Below are positions 61,481 through 64,000 of a stretch of DNA of 64,000 nucleotides, piece after piece. Both the position numbers and the translations under genes were made by a program. How positions within the stretch are numbered: the stretch's first letter is position 1; each line of letters begins with the position of its first letter. The stretch lies in NCBI GenBank assembly GCA_040954595.2, contig CM082589.2, positions 1,280,009 to 1,344,008 on the forward strand. The letters are read 5' to 3'. The notes below the pieces were generated by a model. The model was not told the DNA's origin and did no database searches. It was given only the letters and a program-made list of their open reading frames with translations. This DNA is from Balanoglossus misakiensis (taxonomy: Eukaryota; Animalia; Hemichordata).

Positions 61481-64000
61481 GTAAGGAATTGTTGTGAGTT
61501 GATAAAGATTATCAGACGAGTAACAACTGGTGTCTGCTCGAAATTGTGATGAACATCAGGTAATGTTGATATGTATAGCAGTGTAGATCATTTCCAACAC
61601 AGATGAGAAATCATCTTATAACAGGTTCAGGCAGAAAAAGCCATGTTTTTTTATGAAGATGTATTGTGGCCTGTTTTACTAGAACTTCTGTAATCTGTGA
61701 AACTGACATGTCCCATTCATTCTCATATTCCGGGGTCCATTTCAGCGAGACAAGCGCTCCTCATCTCTGCCCGTAAAATATCTATTCTAGAAATTCTAAT
61801 GAAGGACTCCAGACTAATTTAATGGTTATAAACTGCCTTGATTTAAAATATCTGTGCAACAGTCATCAAATTAGCCTATGATCGATTGCTCATGGCCTCT
61901 AATGTCTTGCCCAATTACTGATGTAAAACCTATCAATAAAATTGTTACAGTGTGGTCCCTGTCAGGAAAATGATCTCAGCCCACAATGACATAACTTTGT
62001 ATTTTAAAGAATTCAGGAAAGATTATCTCTAGAAAATCCTGGGAAATGAACCTTCCTGGCTGCATTTCCTTTCGAATACACAGAAAAATAAGACAGAGAC
62101 AGAAATCTGTGACATTTCAAGTTATTTGGGCTGGGCTTGGTTCTTTTATGGTTTTTATGCTACAAAATCTGAGCTGTTAAAACCATCATAAAATATTTCA
62201 AACTCGGATGCATGTTGGTGTATTCATCAACTATTTATAACATTCAGAGCTGTGTCAGTGTCTTTTGATGATGATTTCTCTATTCAATGTGGATAGTTAT
62301 TATCCAGCCTAATGAGAGTAAATTTTTAGGATTCACTGACACTAATTAGTGTGATCACCATAGAGTTTGCCATATTAATTAATAGGAGACTGGAGTCCTT
62401 TCACTAAACTACAATGGCTCATCAAATACTATGAGTTATATGTAAATAAATTGGACAAACATCATTGTTTTCTTTTAAGATTATTTGCTGTTTGAAAAAT
62501 CTGAGCACTGGTAACTGAGATATATGAATAATATCTGATATAATTATTTGATGAAGTGATACTGTATAATGATAGAAATGTATTTAGTTTAGGTGGGACA
62601 GTTGCGGTGCAGTAATTTCATGATGTTTTCTCCCTCGTTGATTTTATGATCATTCTGATCGTAAGATGGATGTGTGTTGTCATCAGATTTAGATTGGGAT
62701 TGGAAGGCTGGTAAAAAGTGAATGCAGACATGCTGAACAGATTTAGATTGGGATTTGGGTGATGTGGATGGTGAATACACAAGTAGTGTTTACATCAGCA
62801 TTCCTTGTAGAGCTGTGTTACAAGAAGACTGGGAGAGTTAATTGGATGTTATAAATTGGATCAGCGTTCAATGTATTGAATTATCAATGCAATATACCTA
62901 GCCAATAATAATGTAGCATGGTGTGTACATATGCATTCCATTGACTGAGTCAAGTGAGTTTTCCTTGAAACCTGATTTCTTAAACTCCTTTATAACCCCT
63001 GTGTGGGTCTTTGAAAATATTTTCTGTGATGATTTGGTTGTTTTATCCTTGAGAGGAAGTATTTTGGGGTTGAGCTGGGATGGAGATCAGAAAAAAGAAA
63101 CGAGAGAGAAATGTACAGTATGGTCTTCTGAAAATAATCATCCTAGAAATAGTTCAGTTACTGAACAACTGGCATTTCCCCATGTGACCAAAACCTGCCT
63201 TGGATAAAAAAGTATGCACAAGGAGTTAACACGTAACATTTCAGGGAATGTTTCTTCCATGTTTTTTCCCCTGTCGGAGGTTCCAACTCAGTGTGTCTTT
63301 GAGTATCTTTCTTTCTTTGGGCAAAACTTGCATGTTGTGAGCATAACTTAACCTTTGACCCTTGGACTGGCCTTTCTGAAGGCCTCTTTCAGATCTATTT
63401 ATGGGTGGTGATCACATGCCGATATGACATGGAATACAGTGGGGTCCATTGTGAGTGCCTGTGGCTACCTGGAGTTTTGTCATCAGTTAGACAATGTGAA
63501 ATGTCTGTGTCCTCAGAAAGTGTGGGTGTCTATGTTTGTCCATGTTATTGAGGTCAGACATGTAGTTACAGTCTGTGTCCATTCTTCCCACTTCCTGTTC
63601 TCTGAAGTGGTTTTAACAGAAACCCACAATAATTATTCTGACACTTACATGTAACGGCTATTAGTCATCAACCAAGTGAAAAACAAGTTCTCCCCGGTTC
63701 TGGTTTGAGTGTGAAACTCATTTTGTTTAAGCTTGCAAGGAACACTCGATAAATCTCGATATATTTCCTCATGAAACTTGACATGTGTTGATAGATTTCC
63801 TCATACAAGTCTTGTATCAGAGGAAATGGTTTAGGAAGTGGTCAGATAAGAATACTGTCATATGATCATCCCATCCAGGGTTTAAAAAATTGCAAATTTA
63901 ACATCCTTCATGCAACTGGCCATCCTGTTTGATTTTCAAACCTTAGTGAGATCCTAAATCCCTTAGAAAATTTGATCTGTCTCTGAAACTAATTTAAGTT

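Noticed and set aside
62684-62755. 18-bp direct repeat cagatttagattgggatt x2 in a Rab10 intron
   Set aside because: Simple local duplication with no other structure.

Overview
Gene-dense, AT-rich, intron-containing animal DNA from an invertebrate bilaterian. The repeat and motif style suggests a marine invertebrate such as a hemichordate, but that is inference. Exon chains were reconstructed by eye from GT-AG boundaries and reading frame. Genes in order: 3' end of a Myt1/Myt1l/St18 C2HC zinc-finger gene (+), Pcmtd (+), a ~10 kb minus-strand region with splice signals but no recognisable protein, L3mbtl1/3/4-type l(3)mbt (+), an ankyrin-repeat/SOCS-box gene (-), the ciliary kinase Mak/Cilk1 (+), an SLC46 MFS transporter (-) and the first two exons of Rab10 (+). 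The strongest unannotated signal is three paralogous pre-miRNA-like hairpins at 18.7-19.2 kb. They share a candidate seed (AAUGUAC) that I cannot assign to a conserved family, and they sit in a probable spliced non-coding host transcript divergent from l(3)mbt. Also notable: near-identical Myt1-type finger exons, symmetric phase 2-2, in both Myt1 and l(3)mbt; a 59-bp palindromic insertion with a 10-bp target-site duplication; a ~51-bp-spaced CCAAT/DR5-like array in a Myt1 intron; and a greatly expanded split SOCS box in Pcmtd.
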